From the NCBI RefSeq assembly GCF_035594765.1, contig NC_085841.1:263778525-263842524 (forward strand): a DNA stretch of 64,000 nt, in the 5' to 3' direction. The stretch is from Anolis carolinensis (Eukaryota). Below, piece by piece: positions 1 to 8,775 of this stretch (the first letter of the stretch is position 1; every line of letters begins with the position of its first letter). The notes under the pieces were generated by a model. It saw nothing but the letters and a program-made list of their open reading frames with translations, had not been told where the DNA came from and did no database searches. The position numbers were made by a program, and so were the translations under genes.

Positions 1-1176
1 GCTTAAAAAGTTTGAGAACTCTTGGTTTAGACAATGTAGGCAGTCTGTAGGTATGACATTATGTGTGAACAAAGTGCTGTAATTAACCTCAGCTTTCTAA
101 TTAAAAATATTTATTAAATGATTTAATTCAAAAAAGCAAAAGAGTTCCAAAAAGGGGCAGTAATTTCTGGATAACTATTATGCTGCCATAGTTGCTCAGT
201 TAATTTCAGTTTCACATGAACTAAAAGCAACAAAGACTGTTGTGAGGCCTTAAAAAGTTACAACTTCTTTCTGCCACAACCTTTCTTTTATGGGCTTTAG
301 CTCCCTTCTTTCAGATACATGAAGCATTATCCAGGCATTCTGGAGTAAACATCGTACATGTTGACAGCGAAATTATTTGCAATAAAGAAAGCACAGCATC
401 ATGCCAAGCCACATGACTGGTTTTAGATGAGAACACAGCAGAGATTCCTCAAATGGAGATGTCAAGCGAAGGAAAATGAAGACAAAGGAAAATAAAAATG
501 TTGTTTGTGTTGCAGGAGTGGCTATGATTGACAAGGGGAGAGCAAATATCCAATCAAAAGGTGATAAAGGATATGTGATGTGCTTGTTTTCTAAGAAGAG
601 CATGTCAGAGATTGGTACTTAATCTTTAGAGAAAAGAAGAGACAAGGATTGAGATATCTTTTGCTTTGATCATAGCTAGATGGGAGAGCTGATATTGCAT
701 GTAGTTGAGCAGGCACACATTTAGGACTGGTTTTTCTCATGAAAATGAGATTCTTATGGAAACAAAAGATTTAGAGTTTTACATTGTTACCTATTGTCAT
801 TTACCTTTAAGTTGACCCTGACCTATTGTGTCTGGCATACTTTATTCATTTCCTTGGAATATCTTCTTTTAAAACATGGATAAGGTAGGATGACATAATG
901 TTACTGCTAAATATTATGGTCAATCATTCATTTTATAACCTTGAAGAGTGGAAACCAACATAAATACGGTACATTCATCTCCAGAGGTTTGTAACAGACC
1001 TCTAAATAGTTATTAAATTGTATATTAATGCTTAGTTTCTTAGGGAATTCCTGTACAAGTATTAATAGCCGACATTAATATTAACGTCCCATGAGACAAC
1101 TGCAACTCATGCCATTATGATATGGGTTTGAAGAATTAATCACTATCACTCAATATAAACAAGGCAATATAAACAA

Positions 1177-1508
1177 GGCCACCCGGTGGCGAAGTGTGTT
1201 AAAGCGTTGAGCTGCTGAACTTGCAGACCGAAAGGTCCCAGGTTCAAACCCTGGGAGCGGCGTGAGCAGCCACTGTTAGCTCCAGCTCCTGCCAACCTAG
1301 CAATTCGAAAACATGCCAGTGTGAGTCGATCAATAGGTACCGCTCCAGTAGGAAGGTAATGGTGCTCCATGCAGTCAGGCCGGCCACATGACCTTGGAGG
1401 TGTCTACGGACAACAGCGGCTTTTCGGCTTAGAAATGGAGACGAGTACCAACCCCCAGAGTCAGACATGACTGGACTTAACGTCAGGGGAAACCTTTACC
1501 TTTACCTT
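1177..1508 (+). mobile_element. Sauria SINE (tRNA-derived head, BovB-related tail)
   Basis: A-box-like GTGGCGAAGTG, B-box GGTTCAAACC, body CTCCTGCCAACCTAGCAATTCGAAAACATG, tail (ACCTTT)n; homologous copies at 30512 and 58215. Confidence 0.9.
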
Positions 1509-1632
1509 ACTATGTATTTTAATATATGTATTTAATGGTTTTGTGTGTATGTGTGTGTGTGTGTTTTAATATGTTGATTATAGTATGTATTTTGTGTACT
1601 CTGCCTTGAGCCATGAGGAGAGGTGGGCAACA

Positions 1633-1633
<1 letters not shown>

Positions 1634-1686
<53 letters not shown>
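1634..1686. repeat. (TTA)n microsatellite
   Basis: Perfect TTA run. Confidence 0.95.
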
Positions 1687-1687
<1 letters not shown>

Positions 1688-2444
1688 TTAGATTCTGATA
1701 AAGAGCTGACTGCTGATTTAGGTGAAAAGCCAGCATCTCACCTGTTTATTTAAGCAACATAAATTTAACCAGATGGTTGTACTAATCCCTATTTAGTTAT
1801 ATGATGCTCTTTCTTGGTAACCTTTTAAAGAAGTGGGTGCAAGATTGGGTTGTTTGCCACTGGTGTGCTCCCAAAATGTTCAGAATGGTGAAAGGATTTC
1901 AAACTATGGGTGAAAATACAGATCCAGTTTGCTGGTATTATGGATAGCTAGTGTCCATGTCCATTCAAATCTGTATTTCCATGTGTTTTGTAGAAGAAAC
2001 TAGATATAATTTTGCACATATGCAAAAATAGATAGTGTTCTAGTGCATGCAATCACGTTATTAAAATGAATAGTATGGAAAGCTGCTTCAAAAGCATAAA
2101 GCACTTGTGTAATTCCTGAAATTAAATGAAACAAAACATCAGATTCTGTATACCCATTCTATATAAAAACAAATAGAAATGCCAGTTTCCCCCAGTTTTT
2201 GATGTGGCCAGAAGAACATCTGCAATTGAGATTAATTCCACAATGTTTTTAATACAGTAGAGTCTCACTTATCCAACATTTGCTTATCCAACATTCTGGA
2301 TTATCCAACGCCTCCTGCCCGGATCCACAGCTCTTTCTCCTAGGCAGCAAGGACTGAACTTTTTATGGATTTAATTTTTGACAATGTTATTACTGTAAGT
2401 TCATTTTATGCAATTCTATCTTTATTTGTAGTCAATTTGTTAGT

Positions 2445-2715
2445 TGTTTTTTTCGTGTCAGGAGTGACTTGAGAAACTGCAAGTTGCTTCTGGTGTGAGA
2501 GAATTGGCCGTCTGCGAGGACGTTGCCCAGGGGACGCCTGGATGTTTTGATGTTTTTACCATCCTTGTGGGAGGCTTCTATCATGTCCCCGCATGGAGCT
2601 GGAGCTGAAAGAGGGAGCTCATCTGCGCTCTCCCCGGGTGGGATTCGAGTCTGGCAGCCTTCATGTCAGCAACCTTCAAGTCACAAGGCTTTAACCCACT
2701 ACGTGACCGGGGGTC
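2445..2715 (-). mobile_element. tRNA-derived SINE with poly(A) tail (lizard family distinct from Sauria SINE)
   Basis: Minus-strand head GACCCCCGGTCACGTAGTGGGTTAAAG with B-box-like ACTCGAATCC; T-run tail ~2445-2453; TSD CAATTTGTTAGT (2433-2444) / CAATTTGCTAGT (2716-2727). Confidence 0.85.
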
Positions 2716-3318
2716 CAATTTGCTAGTAGCCAATGTTTTTGTTGTCAATGTTTTCAATATATTGCAATGTTTTGGTACTAAATTCGTAAATATAGTAATT
2801 ACTACATAACTTTACCGTGTATTGAACTGCTTTTTCTGCCGATTTGTTATAAAACACTAGCTGTGCCCAGCCATGCATTGCTGTGGCTTTTTGGATTTGT
2901 TTGTTGGCCAGGTGGATTAGCAGTGAATAGCCTTGCAGCTGTCAAGTGTGGCCGTTTTCTTCCTATTGTAATACTAGTTTGGTGAGGTGGAATATACTGA
3001 ATAGTCTTGGTGTGGCAGGTATGCATGCTGTTATTAATCACCTTGATTAGCATGTAATGGCCTTGCAGCTTGAAAGCCTGGCTGCCTCCTCCCTGGGGGA
3101 ATCCTTTGTTTGGAGGTGCTAGGTGGCCCTGATTGAACCCCCTCCCTTCCTGTCCTGGGAGTTGAAGAAGGACCAGCAGAAGACAGGGCTCAGTGGAAGG
3201 CGCCTCCTCCAGGCTGCTGTAATCAATAGCAATGATATTTAGTAATAATATGAAGGATGTGGGTGGACTACAATTTCCAAAAAATCTTGGATCAATTCCC
3301 CCAAAACTCCCTGACAGT

Positions 3319-3328
3319 TTGACTCTGC
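3319..3328 (+). promoter_or_regulatory. Self-priming primer-binding site
   Basis: TTGACTCTGC, 2 nt after the LTR-end remnant TGACA, is complementary (one G:U) to GCGGAGTCAA at 8902-8911 and 8316-8325, ~30 nt after the LTR TATA. Confidence 0.7.
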
Positions 3329-3359
3329 CACCTTAAGCACCAATTAACCTAAGGCCAGA

Positions 3360-4202
3360 ATGTCTACAGGAACCGGAGCGGAGGCTCAACCAGCCAGTTA
3401 CACCATTTCCCAAGATGAATTCAATAGAATCCGAGATACACTCCGTACGCAGGAGGGAGAAATACGGGGCTTGAAGGAACGCGGAGCCCGTCTCCCTGCC
3501 CTAGCGCTACCAACCAAGTTTTCTGGAGAAGGCTCCAAGGTTCATGTTTTCCGTCGCCAGTGCCAGGCGTACTTAGAAGCCCGCCAAGCCGAGTTTTCTC
3601 AAGAAGATGTCAAAGTGGCGTGGATCTACAGTCTCCTAGATGGGCCTGCGGCCACTTGGGCGACGGCGCTATTTGATGCGGGTTCCACGCATCTAAGCAC
3701 CGCGCAAAATTTCTTGAATCACCTTAGAAGGACCTGGGGGATCGAGGACGACGAGGAGGCGGCCGGCCATAAACTCCGGCATCTCTTCCAAGGGGACAGG
3801 CCGTTGTCCCGGTACATAGCCGAGTTCCGGGTGCTGGCTCAGAGCACCGGCTGGAACGATATAGCCCTTAGAGGACAGTTTCGCGAGGGCCTCAACTTCG
3901 AGATGCAGGAAGAGATCTCTAAGGTGGATCCCCCAGGGACTCTTGAGAGACTCATCAACCAGTGTTTGCGAGCCAAAGCCCTGCTTGCCAACAAAAAGCA
4001 GTGGCTCCGAGGCCAGAGTGGAAGAGCCGGAGTGAAACCTCCCGCTTCTGCCAGTGTTCAGCCACGTCCAGTATGGAGATCCCCACCGCCAGCCCCAAAC
4101 CCCATGGGAAGCGAGGAGGAGCCGATGCAGCTGGGCAATGTGCGCCCCAGACCCGAGGCGGCTGGAGCAAAGCCGGCGGGGGAAGCCAGCGACCGGGCGT
4201 AG
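3360..4202 (+). CDS. gag: Gag (sushi/PEG10/RTL1-like capsid); CCHC zinc knuckle absent
   Basis: 280 aa; LPTKFSG, SLLDGPAATWA, LFQGDRPLSRYIAEFR, WNDIAL..FREGL, EEPMQLG motifs. Confidence 0.9.
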   Translation: MSTGTGAEAQPASYTISQDEFNRIRDTLRTQEGEIRGLKERGARLPALALPTKFSGEGSKVHVFRRQCQAYLEARQAEFSQEDVKVAWIYSLLDGPAATWATALFDAGSTHLSTAQNFLNHLRRTWGIEDDEEAAGHKLRHLFQGDRPLSRYIAEFRVLAQSTGWNDIALRGQFREGLNFEMQEEISKVDPPGTLERLINQCLRAKALLANKKQWLRGQSGRAGVKPPASASVQPRPVWRSPPPAPNPMGSEEEPMQLGNVRPRPEAAGAKPAGEASDRA

Positions 4203-4487
4203 AGAGGCTCGCCAACCCGGTCAAAAACCCCACTCAAGAACCACAAACCGGGGTCCTATTCCTCCTGGTGGTCACGCTGTGGTCAGCGAAAAAAGGACCC
4301 GTCATGATCCATGCCATGATAGACTCAGGGGCAACAAACAATTTCATCGATAGAGAGTATGCCGACTCTCTGGGATTACAATACCATGATTTCAAGAATG
4401 CCCGGGTGGTGCAGGCCATAGATGGCCGACCCCTAAAGACAGGTCCAGTAAGCCAATGGACTGAACCCACCAGAATGTGGATAACAC
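4178..4487 (+). pseudogene. pol: Pol N-terminus, aspartic protease (-1 frame to gag); frameshifted near 4483-4487
   Basis: AMIDSGATNNFID active site in ORF 3962-4720; similarity continues in ORF 4488 (MEEISFFV..PVILG). Confidence 0.85.
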
Positions 4488-7400
4488 ATGGAAGAAATTT
4501 CTTTCTTCGTTACCGAGGTTCCCCACTTCCCTGTGATTTTGGGAATTTCATGGCTGACGCTCCACGACCCAAACATCTCCTGGTCCAACAGAGAACTACA
4601 GTTCGCCTCAAGATATTGCCAAAACCATTGTCTAGTAGCCAAGGTCTGCCAAGCCACAGACGCAGAGCCCATCATCACCTTGCCCAAGAAATATTCAGAC
4701 TTTTGGGATGTTTTCAATGAAAAGGAAGCCGAGAAACTACCCCCACATAGACCCTACGACTGTGCCATTGACCTGGTGGAGGGGGCCCCTATTCTGCGAG
4801 GACACCTCTACTCCCTGACTGAACCAGAGCAAGAAGCTCTCAGGGAGTTCATAGAGTCAAACCTCCGCAAGGGGTTCATCAGACCCTCTCAATCCCCAGC
4901 AGCTTCCCCAGTGATGTTTGTGAAAAAGAAGTCAGGGGACCTACGCTTGGTTGTGGACTATAGAGCATTGAACAATATCACGAAGCGGAATCGCTACCCT
5001 CTGCCTTTGATCTCGGACCTATTAGACCGGCTCCGAGGGGCCAAGGTTTACACCAAGCTGGATCTCTGCGGGGCTTACAATCTAGTTCGCATTAGAGAAG
5101 GAGACGAATGGAAAACCGCCTTCCAGACCAAATTCGGATTATTTGAGTCCCTAGTCATGAATTACGGATTATCCGGAGCTCCCGCAACATTCCAGCACTT
5201 TGTCAACGATATCTTCCAGGATTATCTAGATCGGTTCTTGATCATATATTTGGACGATTTTTTGGTATATTCTAGATCACAATCGGAACACGAGCAACAC
5301 GTCAGAATGGTGCTACAACGATTGCGGGATCATGGACTATATGCCAAGTTAGAGAAATGCGCCTTTGATCTACAAGAGGTAGACTTCCTGGGATACCGCG
5401 TCTCGCCACAAGGGCTCTCCATGGACCCGGCAAAGGTTTCAGCAGTATTGGAATGGCGGGCGCCAACCAACAAGAAGGAAGTACAGCGCTTCTTGGGGTT
5501 TGCAAACTATTACCGCAAATTCATCCCAGACTTCGCTCGCTGGTCTGACCCAATCACCAGCTGCATCCAAGGGAAACAGCCTTTCCGCTGGACGGAGCAA
5601 GCAGAGAAAGGGTTCCACCAGCTAAAGCAATTATTCACGACCCAGCCAATTCTACAGCACCCTGATCCTAAAACCCCTTTTGTTGTGCAGGCTGACGCCT
5701 CTGATGTGGCAATTGGGGCTGTACTCATGCAACCAGTGGGAGAACATCTTCATCCTTGTGCCTATTACTCCCGTCAACTAACAGCCCCAGAGAGAAATTA
5801 CACTATTTGGGAGAAAGAACTTTTGGCCATAAAGGCAGCTTTTGAAAATTGGAGACATTGGTTGGAAGGGGCCAAATTTCCCATTGAAGTTCATACTGAT
5901 CATCGAAATTTAGAGCACCTAAGGACTGCACGAAAGTTAAATCAAAGGCAGCAGCGCTGGGCTTTGTTCTTTGAACGTTTTGACTTCCAGATCCATTATG
6001 TGACCCCGGCTCAGACCAAGCAAGCAGATGCTCTATCACGGAAACCAGAGTATGCTGCAGGACGCAGAGAGACCTCAGAATCTCGATTGCTGCAACCCGA
6101 AAACGTTGCCACGCTCACAGTGGGAAACACCAAATCCACTTCAATTGAACCAACTCCCTATAACCCAGAATCCCTTTGCACTCAAGAAATTAGAGCCAGT
6201 CAACAGGCAGATGCCTGGGCTCAAGAACAGATTCGCCAAGGACTACGTTTCCCTTTCTCACTTAAGGATGGGCTACTATGCTACAGGAATCATGTTTACA
6301 TCCCTCCAGGTCCAGGCAGAGAAAAAGCACTTCATCTGTGTCATGACAGCAAGCCAGCAGGGCATTTTGGACTTTTTAAAACCATGCACTTGATCCTACG
6401 AGATTTCTGGTGGCCCAAGATCCGCAAAGATGTGGAGAAATATGTCAATACCTACCCTGTATGTCAGCACTCCAAGACACGAAGGGAGAAGCCGTCAGGG
6501 CTACTGCATCCCCTTCCCACTCCTTCTCGCCCATGGGAGATAATTTCCGCGGATTTTATCACTGACCTACCACCCTCCCTTGGATTCACCACGATTCTAG
6601 TGGTGGTGGACCTTTTTACCAAGTTGGCCCATTTCATTCCCTGCGATGGTCTCCCCACGGCCAAAGAGACTGCAGACTTATTCCTTCAACATGTTTTCCG
6701 ACTACATGGGTTGCCCAAGAGTTTAGTCACTGACCGTGGATCTCAATTCACCTCTCGTTTCTGGAAAGCACTACAGAAACTATTGGGCATAGACTCTCGT
6801 TTATCTTCAGCTCACCATCCCCAAATGGATGGGCAAACTGAGCGCACCAATGCCACTTTGGAACAATACCTTCGCTGTTATGTAAACTACCAACAGGACA
6901 ATTGGGCTTCCCTATTACCTCTATCAGAATTTGCTTACAACAATGGTGTCCAGGCTTCAACTAAAGAAACCCCGTTCTTTGCAAACTACGGCTTCCATCC
7001 ACGTTTCTTTCCTTCTGTCATTGAAACTTCAGAAGTCCCTGCAGCGGAGGACTGGCTGCAAGAACTCACAGCGGTGCAACAACTCTTGCACCAACAACTG
7101 GATCAAGCCAAGGAGGACTATAAACGCCACGCTGACGGTCATCGCCAGCCGGGCCCCGAGATCAAGGTAGGAGATCGGGTTCTGTTGTCCACTCGCTTTT
7201 TGCCCTCCCACCGTCCCTGCCGGAAGTTAGATGCCCGTTTCATTGGTCCCTACCCAGTGGTGGCGCAACTTAACCCCGTGACTTTCAAACTCCAACTTCC
7301 GCGCTCCATGCGCATTCATCCAGTGTTCCACCGTTCCCTGCTCCTTCCGGCGGATGGTGTACACCCCGACGCGAGCCGGCCGGCCCCCGCCCCTGTTCTA

Positions 7401-7646
7401 GTGGACGGAGAGGAGGAGTTCGAGGTTCAGGACATTTTGGATTCTCGATTCCATCGCCGCCGCCTTCAGTATCTCATTGACTGGGTGGGTTTTGGCCCCG
7501 AAGAACGCTCTTGGGAAGACGCTTCCACAGTCCATGCCCCCGACTTAGTCCGCTGCTTCCATCAGGCCTATGCTACCAAGCCGCGGCCCCGCGACTCGAG
7601 GAGAGGGGCCCTGTTTGAGGGGGCCTTGAGGGCGGGGATAGTGTGA
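4488..7646 (+). CDS. pol: Pol: reverse transcriptase, RNase H, integrase, chromodomain
   Basis: 1052 aa; YLDD; ADASD..GAVL, EKELLAI, TDHRNL; H..H..(Y)PVC with first Cys mutated; DFITD/TDRG/GQTER catalytic motifs; GPY; chromodomain EFEVQDILDSR..YLIDWVGFGPEERSWE (~7410-7571). Confidence 0.95.
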   Translation: MEEISFFVTEVPHFPVILGISWLTLHDPNISWSNRELQFASRYCQNHCLVAKVCQATDAEPIITLPKKYSDFWDVFNEKEAEKLPPHRPYDCAIDLVEGAPILRGHLYSLTEPEQEALREFIESNLRKGFIRPSQSPAASPVMFVKKKSGDLRLVVDYRALNNITKRNRYPLPLISDLLDRLRGAKVYTKLDLCGAYNLVRIREGDEWKTAFQTKFGLFESLVMNYGLSGAPATFQHFVNDIFQDYLDRFLIIYLDDFLVYSRSQSEHEQHVRMVLQRLRDHGLYAKLEKCAFDLQEVDFLGYRVSPQGLSMDPAKVSAVLEWRAPTNKKEVQRFLGFANYYRKFIPDFARWSDPITSCIQGKQPFRWTEQAEKGFHQLKQLFTTQPILQHPDPKTPFVVQADASDVAIGAVLMQPVGEHLHPCAYYSRQLTAPERNYTIWEKELLAIKAAFENWRHWLEGAKFPIEVHTDHRNLEHLRTARKLNQRQQRWALFFERFDFQIHYVTPAQTKQADALSRKPEYAAGRRETSESRLLQPENVATLTVGNTKSTSIEPTPYNPESLCTQEIRASQQADAWAQEQIRQGLRFPFSLKDGLLCYRNHVYIPPGPGREKALHLCHDSKPAGHFGLFKTMHLILRDFWWPKIRKDVEKYVNTYPVCQHSKTRREKPSGLLHPLPTPSRPWEIISADFITDLPPSLGFTTILVVVDLFTKLAHFIPCDGLPTAKETADLFLQHVFRLHGLPKSLVTDRGSQFTSRFWKALQKLLGIDSRLSSAHHPQMDGQTERTNATLEQYLRCYVNYQQDNWASLLPLSEFAYNNGVQASTKETPFFANYGFHPRFFPSVIETSEVPAAEDWLQELTAVQQLLHQQLDQAKEDYKRHADGHRQPGPEIKVGDRVLLSTRFLPSHRPCRKLDARFIGPYPVVAQLNPVTFKLQLPRSMRIHPVFHRSLLLPADGVHPDASRPAPAPVLVDGEEEFEVQDILDSRFHRRRLQYLIDWVGFGPEERSWEDASTVHAPDLVRCFHQAYATKPRPRDSRRGALFEGALRAGIV
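7617..7641 (+). promoter_or_regulatory. Polypurine tract
   Basis: G/A-rich GAGGGGGCCTTGAGGGCGGGGATAG directly before LTR start TGT. Confidence 0.75.
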
Positions 7647-7906
7647 TGACTCATGGGCCTTGTAGTCCTGTTCCTAGTACTGTTGTGGCAGACGAAGAGG
7701 AAAACATGGGATTTTCGCCGGTTCAGCAAGAGCCGGAGTCTCTTCACCTGCAGGATGTTGACGTTTGCCCTCAAGAATTCAGCCAAACAGGCCTTGGGCA
7801 GAACTCCCCCCCGTTTTCCCGGAGGGACAATTATACCAAAGATAGGGGAGTCAGGGAGGCTAATCGCAGAAGCCTGAGAATCGCTGCCAAACAAATGGCT
7901 GATTAG
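7646..7906 (+). CDS. U3-encoded ORF, 86 aa from ATG: acidic N-terminus, C-terminal RRSLRIAA
   Basis: ATG overlaps the pol stop (TGATG); frame, stop position and motif preserved in sister LTR ORF 7925-8179 with many silent changes and an in-frame indel. Confidence 0.6.
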   Translation: MTHGPCSPVPSTVVADEEENMGFSPVQQEPESLHLQDVDVCPQEFSQTGLGQNSPPFSRRDNYTKDRGVREANRRSLRIAAKQMAD

Positions 7907-7920
7907 GTCTGCTTCCCTTG

Positions 7921-8775
7921 TGTGATGTCTCATGGGCCTTGTAGTCCCGTTCCTAATACTATGGTGGCAGACGAAGAGGAAAACATGGGATTTACACCGT
8001 TTCAGCCAGAAACGGAGCCCCTGCACCTGCAGGATGTTTGCCCTCAAGAATCCAGCCAAACAAGCCTTGGGCAGAATTCTCCCCCGTTTTCTCGAAAGGA
8101 CAATTATAATAGAGATAGAGGGGCGAGGGAGGCTAATCGCCGCTCTCTCAGAATCGCTGCCAGACAATTAGCTGATTAAGCCTGTTTCCCTTGGGAAATT
8201 CTAAGGAGTCATGCATCTGGACACAGTTTGGGTTTCACTTCTTGTTCTCCAGGGAAAGTGTTCCTTGGCGGGAAAACAAGATCCTATATAGGTGTTTTAC
8301 CGCAAGGAGATCCTTGCGGAGTCAATTCGTCAGCTTCAGGAGTGAGATCGTGTGTGGACTACGTAACTCCAGTTCCTTGTTTCCAGGACCAAGTTCCAAG
8401 CCTGCCTTGTTCCCCGGACCTCGCCATGGACCTTGTTCTTGCTTCTTGTTGCCTCGTATCAAGTCTTGTTTGCCAAGAATCTAGTTTGTTTTCCAGCCTT
8501 GTTGTCAAGCTCCAATGGACTAAAGGACCTTGTCATTTCCCCACACTTTGCTCGGCAAAGTGTGTGTTTCGGTTATTGGATTATAACTTTGGACTCTAAT
8601 GTCACATATTGGACATTGTTTTCCTGGACTATATTTGACCTTTCCTGAAAGGTCTACTTCTGAACTATATTCTTAACTTGTTTTTATTGACTTTATATAT
8701 TCCTTTAATAAAGATATTAGATAGTTTCTGGTCTCTGCGCATGGTTATTGGTGCTCTGCAGCTTGGGTCCTGACA
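7921..8775 (+). mobile_element. Solo LTR of a sister subfamily inserted into the 3' LTR
   Basis: TGTGA...TGACA, 855 bp; 5-bp TSD CCTTG (7916-7920, 8776-8780); TATATA 8285-8290; AATAAA 8707-8712. Confidence 0.9.
7925..8179 (+). CDS. U3-encoded ORF of the solo LTR, 84 aa from ATG
   Basis: Homologue of 7646-7906; ends REANRRSLRIAARQLAD*. Confidence 0.55.
   Translation: MSHGPCSPVPNTMVADEEENMGFTPFQPETEPLHLQDVCPQESSQTSLGQNSPPFSRKDNYNRDRGAREANRRSLRIAARQLAD

Noticed and set aside
3360-7646. Domesticated PEG10/RTL1-like host gene
   Set aside because: It has an LTR, PPT, PBS and full integrase, sits inside a Helitron, and carries a frameshift and an HHCC Cys-to-Tyr change: a decaying retrotransposon.
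7568-8167. 199-aa antisense ORF or env-like gene
   Set aside because: It spans the junction of two different LTRs, is the antisense shadow of the U3 ORFs, and has no env features.
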